Assembly: GCA_036172245.1 (NCBI GenBank)
Contig: JAYWIR010000013.1
Location: 4,092,001 to 4,156,000 of the forward strand
Origin: Raillietiella orientalis
Taxonomy: Eukaryota
Direction: 5' to 3'
Length of the DNA: 64,000 nt
A program made the position numbers and the translations under genes. Under the pieces are notes generated by a model. The model ran no database searches. It saw nothing but the letters and a program-made list of their open reading frames with translations, and had not been told where the DNA came from. Shown here piece by piece: positions 36,531 to 50,249 of this stretch (positions are counted from its first letter, which is position 1; each line of letters opens with the position of its first letter).

Positions 36531-39500
36531 GTGCACCACAGCCCGACTGCTGCTTTCGTGCACTTGGAACCACCAAAGCGGTGAATCCGCAGGATCTCCA
36601 AGGCAGATTTTTCAGTTCTGGATTTTCCCATTCGACCAGAATCGGCCAAAAACCGTTCTTTGCTTCCAATGAGTTGGTAAAAGTAGCGAATCGTAGGAAA
36701 CATCCCCTTCAGGAAGTGAGAAAAACGCTCTCTGGCCAGTGCATCATCGACTAAGGCATTTTCATTCGGTCCAGACGTGCGCCGATGTGGCTCATGGCTT
36801 CTTCCAAACCCAAGGGCTCAGCAGCCAGCGTACTGATGATGCTCGTTCGGACCGAGTTTCAACTCTTCGTGTCTCGGAGACTTCGCAGACGCGGGGGTGT
36901 CATCTCTTTGCAAGTTGGGAATCTCGTCGCATACCTTGGGAATTGCCCTTGATTGCAAAAGAGCTCACCCTAAGGTGTTTCTGCCAACACAATGTATTCC
37001 TTCGCACCGTCACGTTGAGGTGCCCTCGGGTTTGTCTCTTTGATTCGGATCCCTCGGCAAATGCGCTCTTCCCTGAAGCAGACCAAGTGAATCACTTCTG
37101 GGAACCGTTTCCAGGCTTCCCTTAGGTGATTTCTCCCTGGTGATCTAAAAATAATAGACCAGATGAGGATTTTCAGGAAGCGAGTGCACAGACAGGGCGG
37201 ATCTGCATCTGCTGTCGGCACTCAAAGCCGTCCAGCAGCTCGACGGCGCGAAGAAGAAAAGTATCGCGAAGCTCCCAGCGCTCGCGGAGACCAGATCTGA
37301 ACCCTTCTTGCGGGATGTCAACGCCGTTCCCTGTCCAACGTTTTGGAGAACCCTGTGATGCCCTGTTCGGAACGTTGCCAGGAACATCTCACTTACTCGA
37401 CGTCCTCTTTCTCACCGGCGGGAAGCCGGGAACATCTCGGAATCGTAAAAGCGTTCGCGAACGAACTTCGCACACGCGTGAGGATTGGCGGAAAAGAAAT
37501 GGGGAAGGAGCTGCGGGAATCGGGCGGCCTACGATTTCACTGGGGAGGCTTTCTCTGAGCCAAGTTCTTGTCCGCCGAGAATAAAAACGGCTCCAGAAAG
37601 TTCAAACGACATCGGGCAGTCTAAGGCAATCTCTCTCCAAGTCTTTGCCAAAGGAACCCATTCAACTGATACAGAGACAGGCTCCGGGAGTAGCGTATTA
37701 GTGATAATGTAGTAGCAGTGTGCAGTGATTTTTCGGATCCAGTTCAAGAGCGTACGTGTCTTATTTAATCCGTAAACCGCTATGGGATATGGGCTACAGA
37801 CCACAGATCCATGCCACAGATCTCTAGTATCACTGTAATCTTCCAGTTGGGTTGCTGATTGTCTGGTGCAGCAACCCAACTGGAACACAGTGGTGCAGCA
37901 AGCTAGCCCCACTGTGTTCCAAAATCTTATCTGACTCCTAATCGAATGATCCCATATGTATCTCTGAAGATGCTGTTCGAAATTGCCCCATCTTGCCACC
38001 CAGTTCCGCTGATTCCCTAGGATTCTTGTTTCATTAACTCTTTGGGGCTCAGTGTTCCTTCCTTTCTCTCGAAGGATCACTTAACGACACGCCTCTCTGC
38101 CAACTTGTGCTTCCGTGTTCCGCTGACAAGAAAATCACAGTCTTTCTTCTTCTCCTGTGTCCTGTATCTGGCGATACGCGTTTCTTTCCACTTCAACCTG
38201 GAGTGCACGAAGTTAAATGTGACGATAATCTGTACGGTCCTCAGGGATCGGGGAAACAAACAAGAAGTTTCCGGGTAATTGACAATCCGGAATTTGGGAC
38301 GATTGCAGAAGAGGTGAAACATAGCCCCTATGAGCAGACAAAAAAGTGGAACCTCGTTCTGAAAAGCGAACTGAGAGCGGGGAACCTGTGAAGAACAGAA
38401 AGGAGGAACAGAATCCATGAAAGGAAAATAAATCAGCAGGAATGGAAAAAAAAATCCAGACTTTTGTGTACGCAGGATGCTGTGCGCGCGTATCTGGCTT
38501 GCCTCTCTGCTCGTGAAACGAAGTGCTGCATAAATAACGCGCTGCTACGCGAGATGCAGGGAGCGGAGGTTCGCAGCCTCCCGCGGTGGTGGAAGAATCT
38601 GAAGGGATACCCCGCATCGGCTCCTTCTGGAACAAAGCGAAAGGAAGCAGGAGAAATGAGAAAGGAAACCTGGTCCGGCGCCATTCCGTTTATCGAGTTC
38701 CAGAAAAGCACACTCCATTCTACAAGCTCGGCACATTCTTCGGCAGCACTGCCGAAGAGGAAAAGAGGGCTCTTAGAACGCGGATCAGTTACCTGGAGGT
38801 GCGCCATTCGTGGCTCAGGTCCGTGGGACGCTCCGTGACTCAAAGTTTCAGTCGACATTGTGGCTGGATGGGTGGTACGAAAACGATTCAGAGAAGTTCA
38901 CGGCTTTCATTCGCCGATGGGCCAAAGCATGACCTTCATTTGGCAGTCCTTGTGAACGGGGAGATGTCTACTGGATCCTCGAGACTTTCTCGAAATGTCC
39001 TGTCTTTATCGGAGCAGTTCTTCCAGCGCTTTGCTGGGCTGTCGCTCCGAAAACAGCTTTCTTACTCCTCAACTCGCCTGACCACCTTCTTCGGGAACCT
39101 TCGTCTTCTTTGGCATAGTTCTGCCTTCTCGCAAAGCGACTGACGTGCATCGACCAACGCTTTCTTGTCCGGACGGCGATGTCTTTCTTCGCTCTCTCGA
39201 CCTCGAGGGATGCGGTTCCCCATGCAGGCAAGGGCAACAAAGATGGCAGGGGACAGGGACAGGTCATAGGAAGGGGGGTGCGTCCCTTCGCCCCTACCTT
39301 CGTTGGTGCTGACAGCAGACGACGAAGACAGCAGCTTCTCTCTGCTCGCATTTCCCTTCACATCAAGGAGGGAGAGCTCTTGCGCCCGCCTTGATGCCTG
39401 CTCGAAGACATCCGAAGTCGTGGCCGCTTCCAGCCACTCCTCGATCAGCCGAGGAAATTTTTCCCGGGCGCGCATCGTGATCGGTGATCAAATGCTTTGT

Positions 39501-40284
39501 CAGTCGAGATGGCACCTCGCTCTTTTAGATTTTCCATTCAAAGTTTGAGGGCATCACGACTCACGTGGATTCCGTCGCACCCGCGAACTGTCCGCTGCCG
39601 AGATAACCTTCGCGACCTTCGCGACCTTTCGGCTGCGTTCGATTCGAATTCGCGACTGTCTTCTTTGGCTGCTGTGATCGCTGTTTCCCTTTGCGGCTGC
39701 CTTACAGCGATGGACGCTGCCAAGCGGCTGCCGCCGCTGTCATTCACTTCCGTTACGCCCGCCAGCAGCTTTCCGGCACAGCCGAGCGTTGGCTTCCTGC
39801 AAAGCGACTCCATGCATGACCTTAGCCTTCAACCCTACAATTATCTCTCCTCCCTTTTGTAAGACACTTCCCCTTCCTTCGCGAGATCGGAAGTCGGAAG
39901 TCACCCATGCACGGTACACATGGTCCAGACCACGAAAAAAGTTGGACGATCCTGGAGGAAGCTGGAAGCTCATTCGGAAGGGAAAGGGGGACGCGGTCCG
40001 CACAGCCATGCCTTTGGGAAGCAACGGGTTTTTTCTGGAGTCGCTCCCCCGCTAGCCGGAAAACCAGTTGCCCTGGGGGGTTGAGGGACATTCTGATCGG
40101 GTAAACTTGCCACCCCGACCAGGTGCTGGCACCGGTCGGGACCTCAAAGCACCCACAGAATTGAGGGTGCTTATGAAATCGCCCTTGGCACCCGTGCTGA
40201 AAAACGGTGCGCGACAGACGCAAGAAGTGACATGTGCGCGTTTTCTAATCACGTTCCGTTCCCTTGGCAACGCATGCTGCTTCT

Positions 40285-42600
40285 CACCAGGGTGCGCCGG
40301 GGCGTTTATTGCAAAACCATCCGGGAACCAAGTTCCCGGACAAAGGGTACAGAAAAACGGAGGGAGGTCTCCTCGGCACGCTGGTCGGTAAATCCGAAAG
40401 TCCGGAACGGGAGGGAGGGGACCACAAATAAATACTTAAAAAAGTATAAATGAAAATATGGGGAGGGGAGGGGACAGGGGTCTTTGGCTTCGGCCGTTCC
40501 TTTCTTTCAGAACCGGCGTTGGATGCCGGAGATCTCCTTCCTGACGTCTTCTGGAAGATGAGGCCACCTGGCAGCCGACGTCATGCTCTCGCCGGCTATT
40601 GGCAACGCGTGCTGCGGTTATAGAACTCATCCCTTGAACCGACCCCAAGGTGAGTCTTCCGGTAAAACGCATCCCGGGCATTTCCAGGAGTCACGGTGCA
40701 CCTTTATTCGTTCTCAAGGAAGCTTTGTTCCTACCTCTTGGCATCCTGCATGGTGAATCCACCAGAGATTTTCATCTCGGATGTGACTGGGCTGTTAAAT
40801 CTGAAATGAATGAAAAAATGAAGACGACACTGGGTCCGTTTGCGCTCTGGTTGTGCAAGGCAACCCATCCGAACAAATCAGTGAACCCAAAACTCCTTTT
40901 CCAAGAAGAGAATCATCTCTAGAATGAGTAGAAGCGCCTGCGAAAGCGCAAACCGTCCGGTCCTCCAGGAGAAAAGCCAGGTAGTCAGGGATTGGGAAAA
41001 GCAGCGGACGAAGGATTAAACGGGCGACCAGGGGCTCTCTCCTTGTGAGAATGGCTCGCAGCCTTTTCCTGAGGTCGGAGGGCGTCCGGAAGAGTGCACA
41101 GCAGGACAGAACTAGACTTCGCGGCGGTGTCCAGTCAGGCCAGATCACCCCAAGTGGGGGGCAGTTTGTGGCGCGGGCCCATGAAAGCGCAAGGAACGGA
41201 AGCGCATGAATGCTATGATGGGATGACAGCACGACCCACGGACTCGCGACCTCCCTTCGAGCCACGAACCCTACCGTGGAAGCAGCAAAAAGAAGAACTT
41301 TCCTCGTCACAGTGAATTCAGAAAGACAGGACGTCGAGAATGATCTGGCACCCCTGGAGAGTCTCCAGTTCTGTTCCTCACCGTTGTTGTGGCAACTGCT
41401 CGCGCTGGTTGAAACCTCCGCTTTTACTTGCCCGGAAGAGTTCTTGGTGGAGGGGTACTATTTTCCTACCATTCCCCACTGTCGTTCGTAAGGGGAGAGG
41501 GATCAGGCCTACGATCGAAGAGGTGAAGATTTCACGAGGCAAGCCCTGAGGCGTATCTTTCCCCGCAGTGCTTCCCAAGCGTACCGCAGCCTGTCTTATT
41601 CCAGTAACTACCGCAGAAGGGCTCCCTAGTTTCCAAGCTCTTGCTTCCAGTGGGAATCCACCCAAGGGGAAAATGGTGCCTTTCTTCCTTGTTTCAGAGA
41701 GCCAGAGAGAAATCCAGAGGGTCTTCTGGAAGCACGGCAGGGAAAGCGTAGGAACTCCAGCGGAGAAGACGCCCAGCAGGAAGCCGCGGTGAGAAAATTC
41801 CTCAAGGGTCTTTCCGTCCGTTCAGACCTTCCGCGCTCGCCACGACTGTATTCGAACCGCTGCTCAATGGAAACGCAGAGACTGCACCGCCTCGGGCGCC
41901 TTGGGCAGGATCGACGATCGAGCTCTCGCTATCCGACCATCCGTTCCCGGGGAAAGCTGGCGTGGGAGCGCCCGTCTCTCCGAACTTCATCGCGCGAGTG
42001 CACTGGCAGGGTTCCCTCCTGCTCAGACGCATCTGCCCGCTTCGGGCCGCAAGGCCCGTCTGGATGCTGCTGCCTTTCTCCTGCTGGAAAAATCCACTGA
42101 GCGTCGCCGTCCAACCGAGGGAACTTTTCCGCACCGCACCGCCGTTCCTGGAAGTTTGAAACAGTTGCAGGCGCTCGCAGACTTGCCCTGCATCCGTCCT
42201 GGTGTCAGTTGGACCCTGGCACCTCTGGAAGATCCGGTGCATCGATCAGTCACGTCTCCCCCCGTTAATTAGAAATCGTGAAGAATCGGTCCCAGCCGCG
42301 TGTGCAGACGTTACGGAGTGCCACGCAGAGGCGGGGAGGAAACGCAGAGACGCGAAACCCAGCAGCGGTGAGGGGGCTGAACGGGGAAGACCTTCCACGA
42401 CGAACGCCCTGCCGACGCCTGGCATGCCACCTGGACGCCGTTCAAGCCCGGAGCGTCCACACCTCCCGCCCGCGGCCGGAAGAGGTGGCTCCTGTCTGAG
42501 GTCCTTCCCCTTCTCTCGCGGTACGTTTCCCAGGATTCCCCCTACTGTCTTCTGATCCTTTTCGCCAGTTCGAGCATATCATCTGACCCCACCCCCATGA
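40285..42600 (-). mobile_element. L1/Tx1-like LINE subfamily B: APE endonuclease, RT domains 0-4 and 3' end, internally deleted and decayed
   Basis: LRQE, FLINGGD (APE). IRQAAVRLGSTAGKDTPQGLPREIF (KAPGPDGLPxEF), QNWRLS, VGFVARR, LRPLLF. Subfamily-B tail. Terminal AATAAACGCCCCGGCGCACCCTGGTG at 40285-40310. Confidence 0.65.
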
Positions 42601-45600
42601 ACGGAACCCCTTCTGAATTCGGGCGCCATTAAATCCCCATTCCTCTTCCTAATCAGCATAAAAGCGCGTCCCCTCCGCCGTCGGCGTTCTCTGGGGCGGC
42701 ACGCATGCCATAGGAACTGGATGCGATACGACCTAATTACCGGACCCTGGGATCCGGAAAACGACTGCTCCTGTCGATATTGTGGGAATTATTGTCGCTT
42801 CGAGAAGAGCAGGGAAGTCGCTGGAAACCGGAAGACCTCGCGCTTTTCTCGCTCAGGAATACGAGGAAGATTACAATGAAAAATTATTGATCATCCCCCA
42901 CCCCCTACGTCCCTCCGCGAGGATGAATAATTCATGAAAACAGGATAAAAAGATTCGCCCCATCATCTTGAACCTCCTCGAAACCACGCGGGGAAATCCA
43001 CTGCTTCTGGATAAGCGAGCAGTTCGTACCAGAGCATCTTGAGCTCGGTGCTGCAGCTCACGATTGATCAGATGATTTACAGGGCATTCATTACCGAGCT
43101 GGCGGGCAGCTCAGGAAACCTCTTCGATTTTTTCACCTTTCCCGATGCCGTGACCTCGCGTGGTTCGGAGATGTGAAACACCTTTTGTGTTTCGTGGAAA
43201 CGGGCTATCCCGGCGGTACTTGCATCCGCGCTGATTCTCCCTGAGACCGAAAACAAACCGTATCGGGCTACCGTTCTGGAACGGAACCTCCTGCTGTCCC
43301 TCTCTGCATGAGAAACAAAGCCTTTAATTATCCCGTTATTCTGGATTCCTGAGGGAAACGCAGAAACAGATCTCGCAAAGGGGACGATGGGTTTCAGCTC
43401 GAGCAGTTTCTCTCGGGGGCTCCGGAGTAAGTTTCCGAAAAGAATCTCGATCAGATTTCACAGAGAGGGCAGCTTTCTCCAGGGTTCCCCAAGAAGGGAT
43501 GTGGTTCGTCCCCTGGCATTTTTTTTTTTTTACTGGCTTCCTCTGACGTATTCTGAGGACCACGGATGGCAACCGCGGCACCCGGGGGATCGCGATCAAA
43601 CAGGTGTACCCCCGGAAGCATTTTGCTGAGCTGCATCTTCTGCGTCACGTGACATCACGGCGGAAACCTCGCAATTCACATTCACAGTCGCACCCTGGCT
43701 TCCGATGAACTCCCTCAGATGCGTCCGAATGCAGCAGATTCAGCAGGGCCAGCAAATCATGATGGTGCACGCAGGTGCATGCCGAGGCACCATCATGGGG
43801 CCGTGATGCCATCAGCCATGTTTCCAAAGAAGGCAGTGGATTTAGAAGCAGTCTTGGTCCCTTCTAGAGCGTCCAGATGAGAGCATCTCTCCTGGGTAGT
43901 GACACAGAATCTCGACTAGGCAAACACAGTGGCACGTCCAATGTGGCATCACGGATGAGACTGGATGCTTGTCATCGTGAAACGCCCTCTAGGACTTAAA
44001 GGTCAGTCGGCAGTCTCCTGGAATGGTCGTGGGCAACCCATGCGAGTTTTTTGTGGTCATCATGTAAACAGTGTTCCTTTTTAGGATTGGAAGGGCAGGC
44101 GCCCTGTGAAGAGTATCTAGCAATCAGAACTCCTCATAGTTTCTGACCGAAACCCTTGTGTGTCTATGGATCATGGCAGTTTGATTTGGGCGTCCAAAGA
44201 CGCAGTGGTGAATCGCATCTTCAACTGACATATGGCAGCAATGGAGTTTGCTTCTTCCATTTTGTATTTTTATATCCATATGACAACTGTACATTACTTA
44301 TTCATGGCTATATCATTAATATCCGTTGACCCGAAACGGTCGCTCTTCATGAGACGGGGCCAATTTTCGAAGCAAAACCATCATCAAGCCCATTAAGTTA
44401 GCATGAAAATAGTACGGATCCCATTGGGTGGAGAACTAATGGCAACAAATTGAAATACAAAGATTCTCAAAAATCACAAACTTTCTTCGGGATCGATCCC
44501 GTCCTGATGAAGAAAAAATAAGGGATGCCTACTCAAAGGATCATCGCACGGCAGGCCAATCAGAGAAAGCGTAATGCTGACCTGGATTTAGTGGACGACG
44601 CCTCCAGGACAGGGTAGGATAACCTCTCACTCTCTCGTAGAGAGGACTGCCTGTGACGACGCAACGGCGTGAGCCGCAGGGAACACATTCGAAGGCTCAG
44701 TCCAGGTCTCCCTCGGCCGCGCAAGGGGTGTGTGCACAGGTCAAAGTTGGCTGGGGGCATCCGGAAATCCAGAGCATGGCGATATGGACAAGTGGATGGG
44801 AGTTTCTGCTTCTCGCTGAAGAGAGTATATCTTCAGGTGGAACGGCGAAAAGAAAGAAGGATGAACTCCTTGGGGTGAAAAATTCATCATCTCCTCTCGA
44901 AGGAGTCTGACTAGGCTGAAGGATCATTTTCCGGAAGTGCTAACAGAAGGGTGACTTCTACAGCTTTTATGCTCCTTTCTCAGGAGACTGATTTCCGTAT
45001 TGTAGCAGCCATTTAGGTCGCTCAGCCTTGAACAAAGCTCAGTGCTCATCATTTGTTGGTTCATTCATCACCACTGCGCAATACGCGGCTATGTCGACTC
45101 ACTACCATTGGTGGAATCTCTTGTGAAGAAGAGAGGAACCGGTCATCCTCTAAGAAGAAACAATGGTGGAATCTTGAAAGTCTTACAGGGAGAGAAGATC
45201 CGACTGAAGTGAGGTGACAACTTCTCTCTCTTTGTGGGAAACTGTGGTCCTCCCAGTGGTGTGCTCCGGCACGCCACATCCTCCGGCGAGACGCTGGAAA
45301 CTTCTTTCGCTGCTGCCGTGCAGCCTACGCCGAAGGAGCCAATTTGCCTATCCCCTGAGGCATCCGTAATCACTACTGGTAGCCCACCCGTGGATCTCCT
45401 CCTGCTTCGTAAGCTGGAACGCCTGGCGGCGGGAGCCTCTGGAGTCCTACGTTGCAGCTTTGGAAGTGCCCTCAGAGGAATTGCGACCGCTGCAGAATCT
45501 CCTATGCAAACAACTGGGAGATCTGCAGGATCAGAACCAGTGGTCCTGGATAGACGTCACATCCCCTGCCACAGCACTGTCTGCCCTTAGGACAAGCAAT

Positions 45601-45742
45601 GACAGCGGGGTGGGACTTCTCCTGCAACATTGCAGGAGTGGAAAACTCCGAGACGGCTGCAAGACGAGCGAATTGGTGGACGGCACCGCTCCTCGTTTCC
45701 GGACAACGGGACTCTTTCCGTGGGAAGCGACCTGCTTGCGAC

Positions 45743-47960
45743 TACCCGGTAATGCAGGGGCGTTTATTATAAAAAATAGTAAACATACATGTGTAGGGTC
45801 ATCGGCCCTACATTGTTCGAAAATGCTCGGAACCTGCCGAGTAACCGGCACGAAGACCGCCGAGGTTCGTCTCGGCAGGGGAGGGGGAAGAAGAGGCAAA
45901 CAAAGAATAAAAAAATTAAAAACAAGTATGTGCAAAGATTGGGAGGGTCAGAGAAAGGATCACCAGATACCGGAGGCCGTTCTCTGCATGCTTTTCAGGA
46001 TGCTGACAAGTCCCACCTGTGTATGTCCCAGGTGGGGCCATCTTGCTGCCGTCCGCAGGAAGTGTCGGGCGAAGCAGATGGCATCGTTATCACGCCGTCC
46101 TTCTCTCGCATGGCTCCAGGTCACCACAACCACGCGGAATCAACAGCAAAAAGCTGCTGGGGATGCGGCAGGCAAAGGGGCATTGCTCACGAAGAGGCGC
46201 TTCAACACGTCTCTGGGATTGTCTTTTAATGCCCCAAGGGCCGTTGCGTAACGCAACCGCAGGGATCGGAGGGCAACACAGTCTACGAGCAGGTGCGGGA
46301 GCTGGGATTGTTATTCCCTGCACCTGCAGCAGTTTGGGACCACAGTACCCCGGGTCCAGTGAGACCGGCGGGCGTTGCACGGGAGTCCCCAGTGCAACAG
46401 CAGAAGTGCCGACTCTTGCCACTTCCGGGGGAGGACCCGGTTGTTCTTAAGGTCTGGGTTCCACTCTGGGTCTTCCTGTGGGATCTCCTGAGCATCCTTT
46501 CGGTGGAGCACTTGGGGTTGCAGCATCCGTGAGCTGGCCCGTGGTCCAACCACCTGATTCCTTCGCTTTTCCTTTGATCTCACATCGGACCCCTCATTTA
46601 GTAGGCTGGTTACTGCCCAGGTGCTCCCTGAGGGAGGGCAGTAACCAGGCGGCTAGGAATGTTCCAGTCCTCCACCACGCACACGTGGTGGTGGGCTGCA
46701 CGATGATATCCTGCAGAGGGAGGTTGTTGTCGAAGGAGTGCAGCAGTCGCTGCCGCATCTCCGGGCTCGCTTCGTTGCTCTTGGCCCATGTGAGAACGGT
46801 TTCCTGCAACCAGGAGCTACCGTTCGCGGGCCGGCAGGAGATCCAGTTGTTTGTTCTGGTGAGCTTGGCCACTCGCTGGAGCTCCAGTCCGCAGCTGAAC
46901 ACGTTGCGTCTGCGTCGCCGTGCTAGGAACGAAGACAGTCCCACGTAGCCGGTGGCTGGGCAGACCAGGTATCGTGCGGGCTCGCACCAGTTTATGCTCC
47001 TAAACCTCGCCACTGGGGCAAGCGTCCTCCACTGGAGCTATCGCTCCAGGCGCTCCAGTGTCAGAAGACCGAGGCCTCTGTTGCGACTCGGAGCCCACAA
47101 GTCCTTTTGGCGGAGTCGGGGCCTACCTGCTCCCAACAGGGCGATTCTCAGGAGATCCTTCGTCCGCCTTTTAATGCTACTCGGTGGTGAGCAAACAAAA
47201 AGCATGGGTATGAAGAGGGAGGCGGCAAGCGAGTTCCACACCGCGACCCCTTCCGGCAAGAGAAACTTGTCATCCCGGAACGGACCGATCGCCAACTTCT
47301 GGAGGCAGATGGACCACGCCTCCGTCGGTGAATACTCCTCCAATGGTACACCGAGGTACTTAAAGTACCAAACCGTGGGAATTCCCAGGTGGATCCCGTC
47401 CAGCTACCCTGCCCACGCCGAATCGACTGCTACCACGGAGGATTTCTCCCTGTTCACCTCCAGTCCTGTCTCGCAGCTTAACAGCTCGAAGATCTTCGAG
47501 CCGACGCCGAGGTGGATATGGAGTGCAGCAGCAGAAGATCGTCCGCATATGCTGACACGGACGGTGTGCCTAGACACGCGTGTGGGAGGCGATTCAGAGT
47601 CTTCGTACGCCCTCAACACCAATTTGAAGTAGGTGCTGAAGAGCAAGGGGCGCAGTCTGTCACCCTGTCGTATCCCGCGACGCACTGGCACACCGTATAT
47701 TTTTCGTCCACTGAAAGAAATAGTGGTCAGCGCGTCGCTCCGGCAAGAGCGCTGACAGGCCTTAAAGAGGCCGGGAAGTCCAGGCGTTCCAGGAGCTCCA
47801 GAAGAAGTTACTGGTCAACTCAGTCGAATGCTTTGCACAAGTCGACTGCGACCGCAAGGGCCTATCCTCCTTCCCGACCATCCCGCTCACCACTGGCGGA
47901 CGTCTCGGAAATCGGGGTGCCAACCAATCGGGGTTCGTTCCCTCTTCTCCCCTGAAACTC
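45743..47960 (-). mobile_element. L1/Tx1-like LINE subfamily A, 5'-truncated (RT domain 3 to 3' end)
   Basis: VAVDLCKAFD, RRGIRQGDRLRPLLF, YADDLLL, GLEVNREKS, FKYLGVP, LWAPSRNRGLGL, PNCCRCRE..LPHLLVDC. Terminal AATAAACGCCCCTGCATTACCGGGTA at 45743-45768. Confidence 0.85.
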
Positions 47961-47999
47961 AAACCACGTGTTCGCGAAGAATAGCTGGCGTCCATGCTT

Positions 48000-48725
48000 G
48001 GTGTGCTCCCCGTAGAATTCGTGGTCCCTTTTTCGTGTGTGGACACCTCTGTTTTCCCGCTTCAGTAGAAACAGGATGTTAGGCTGTTTCTGCAAGGAGC
48101 ATTCCATTGCAATTAGAGCAGACACCTGTTTTCCGGGGCTGTTCCAGGTGCGAGGCGATGGAATCGCCCCTACGCCTCCTGCTGGACTGCGGTGCCCTGG
48201 AGAACTTGTGGCGGAGACTCGCTTCGGCGCTCCGCCACCCGGAGGGCACCTCTTCCGACTTGCTGCGACACTTCTTCATTCAAGGCTGGCTGATGGCAGG
48301 CGCCGTGATCGCAACTGTCTGTTCCATCTGTGCCATGGTGTCAGCCCACCACGTGCTGAAGTCAGGTTTACGACGAAGAGAGGCCACCAGCGTGGCAGAA
48401 GTCCTCATAAGGACAGCAGGAAGGTAGCTTCATCTACCAGAAGTCTCCAGGGAGGTCTCCACTGTCCAGATCCGCTTCTAGAAGGAAAGGAACGTCTTTA
48501 ACCAAAGAACTCTGTCCTATCCTTCCTTTTTTTTATTTATTTATTGTTGCTTCCCTCTGTTCCCTACTTTTTGGAATCCGGCCTGCGTGTCGGTGATTAT
48601 CCCGGATGAACTTCCTTTTTTGGAAAGGGGAGAGGGACTTCTTTGTTTTTTGAGGGATTCTTTTCTCTTCTTCCTTACAGTTTTTTGTTTGTTTTTGAAA
48701 ATAAATACCCCGGCGTAACCAGGTG
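48000..48725 (+). mobile_element. L1/Tx1-like LINE subfamily B, 3' fragment
   Basis: GCSRCEAMESPLRLLLDCGALENLWRRL. Terminal AATAAATACCCCGGCGTAACCAGGTG at 48700-48725. Confidence 0.75.
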
Positions 48726-49609
48726 AGAACGGGAACGCGCTGCTGGGAGATCACCGAGGATAGGTGCATCGCGAATCCCGGTGCAACCACTGCAACCAAG
48801 GATGTCCTTCTTTTTTTCTCCCCCCCGTCTGAAGGCAAAGTTCTCTCCGGAGCCGAACACTTTCGAATCGGGAAGAAACCTCCTGGAACGGTCCTCATAT
48901 GCTCGTGATCCGCAGAATGGAAGTGGCAGAACCACGCGGCGGAACAGAGTCTGCCCTTCCATGTTCGAGTAGATGAATTTGCCAATCAGCAGTTGAATTC
49001 CTGGATTGTATTCCCGCATGCAGCACCCATCCCCCGAATGTCAAGTAAATGACGTTGCATCGCGTGGAAACGCTCTTGCAACACCATGGGAAAGCGAAGT
49101 CGAGCCCTGGAAAGTCGGGCGGAAGACCCCTTGAGGCATCTTTCGCGCTCGCCTCTCGTTGGAATGGGGAGGTCGTTAACTTCAAGCCTCTGTGGTCGAA
49201 AATGTCTCTCCCTCTGTATGGAACTTGATGAAGGACTCTACTGTGGTCGAAAATCCGCCCCAGTATTGCTGTTCTTGGAGCGATCAGGAAACGAAAATAG
49301 GTCCGCAGCGGTGGACAAAGGAACTGAGGAACACGAGGCTCCTCCGATTTTTCGTTACGAATCCTGAAGATCCGTTCACGTTGGACCGTTCGTCGGAGGA
49401 AGCTCAGCAGCTTCCTCTCAGACGGCTCGCTGCTTCAGAAAAGAGCGCTGCGGCGAAACTTCGTTCAAGGCTGTTCGAATCTCGGCAGCATCTCTGGTGT
49501 GAGTTCCAGGATGATCTCCTTTCCAAGTTCCGTGAAGTTCCAACCCACGCCGCCCTCTCGCGCTCGGCCCGAAAGTCGTCAGCCTTCGACGCCTCTCCTC
49601 CCCTTGTAG

Positions 49610-50170
49610 GGAGGCGGCGGCCGTGTGGATGCGCTCTCCCAGTGCGACACCTAGCGTCGCGGGTTCGAATCCCCACGTAAAGAATCGACGCCGAGAAATC
49701 GGGGTACGGTGTAGGCTGCGAGTCTCCCCCCCGCAGGACGACTCTGGTTGGCCTGCAAACTTCGGGTGCAGCACAGTGAAAGCGGTCCGAAACTCCCCGG
49801 GGATGCCTCCGTTGACCGACCGGGATCGGACCACGGACTTCATTCCATGGATGGAGGAGTTGGGATTCCCCTTCCGACTGTGCGAACAGAGCCGTCTTCC
49901 TTATCAGGATGCGACCCTTCATCGCGCACCTTCGAAGGGAACCAAGGCAAGGGTTCCCTCCGTGATTCCCTGGCCAGCACAAGAGGAACTAAATCCTCCC
50001 TCTGAAGTCCTTCCTGGATTCGCAGGGTGGTCCTTCCGGTGTCGCCACCTATAAATTTAAGAGTTCCACGCACCCTCGGGTAGAGTAGTTCGAGATCTTT
50101 GTGCCCCACTTCAACTCTTACCCATCCTTAAGAAGGAAATGGCTCTTCAATAATTGGCAAACTAAGAAGA
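49610..50170 (+). mobile_element. SINE-like family X copy with most of the minisatellite missing
   Basis: GCGTCGCGGGTTCGAATCCC, AAGAATCGACGCCGAGA (identical in the 61.5 kb copy), CTGGTTGGCC, CCTTCCTGGATTC..CACGCACCCTCGGGT. Confidence 0.75.
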
Positions 50171-50249
50171 AAACCCGAACAAGAAATGCCGGAAGGAGAG
50201 CAGCGAAAACAGGAACCCCAAAATATTTCCATCATTAAGAGTCATCCCC

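Larger units (their letters stand above)
31480..39010 (+). mobile_element. decayed Helitron/Helentron (HUH Rep plus PIF1 helicase), interrupted by later insertions
   Basis: Rep remnants in order: LRTHAFVPLLT (~32460), EKVWPRGLL (EFQxRGxPH, ~33110), MINDAP..VEEFTDEFVSGRLP, KRRFFFRP (CRFxFP), SECNLQ..YYIIGKYQT (ANxDxQ..YxxKY, ~33880-33950), ILLQAFVFLFGV. Helicase remnants: LLIE*SHM (IIDExSM), GDTRFFPLQPGV (GDxxQLPPV), LKSELRAG, INNALLREMQG, TIQRSSRLSF..GEMSTGSSRL (TIHKSQG..GQxYVALSR). Termini not found. Confidence 0.6.

Noticed and set aside
38225..38262. Walker A motif LYGPQGSGK of an ATPase
   Set aside because: It lies after the helicase motif-III-like segment, which is the wrong order for PIF1. 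Probably chance.
39150..39850. MULE transposase remnant (GCDGIH..ISTDKA, minus strand)
   Set aside because: Motifs too short to support a call.
43920..44270. Ulp1-like protease remnant
   Set aside because: Catalytic His and Cys not recognisable.
49620..49680. tRNA gene (GGTTCGAATCCC)
   Set aside because: No complete cloverleaf. It is the head of the SINE family.
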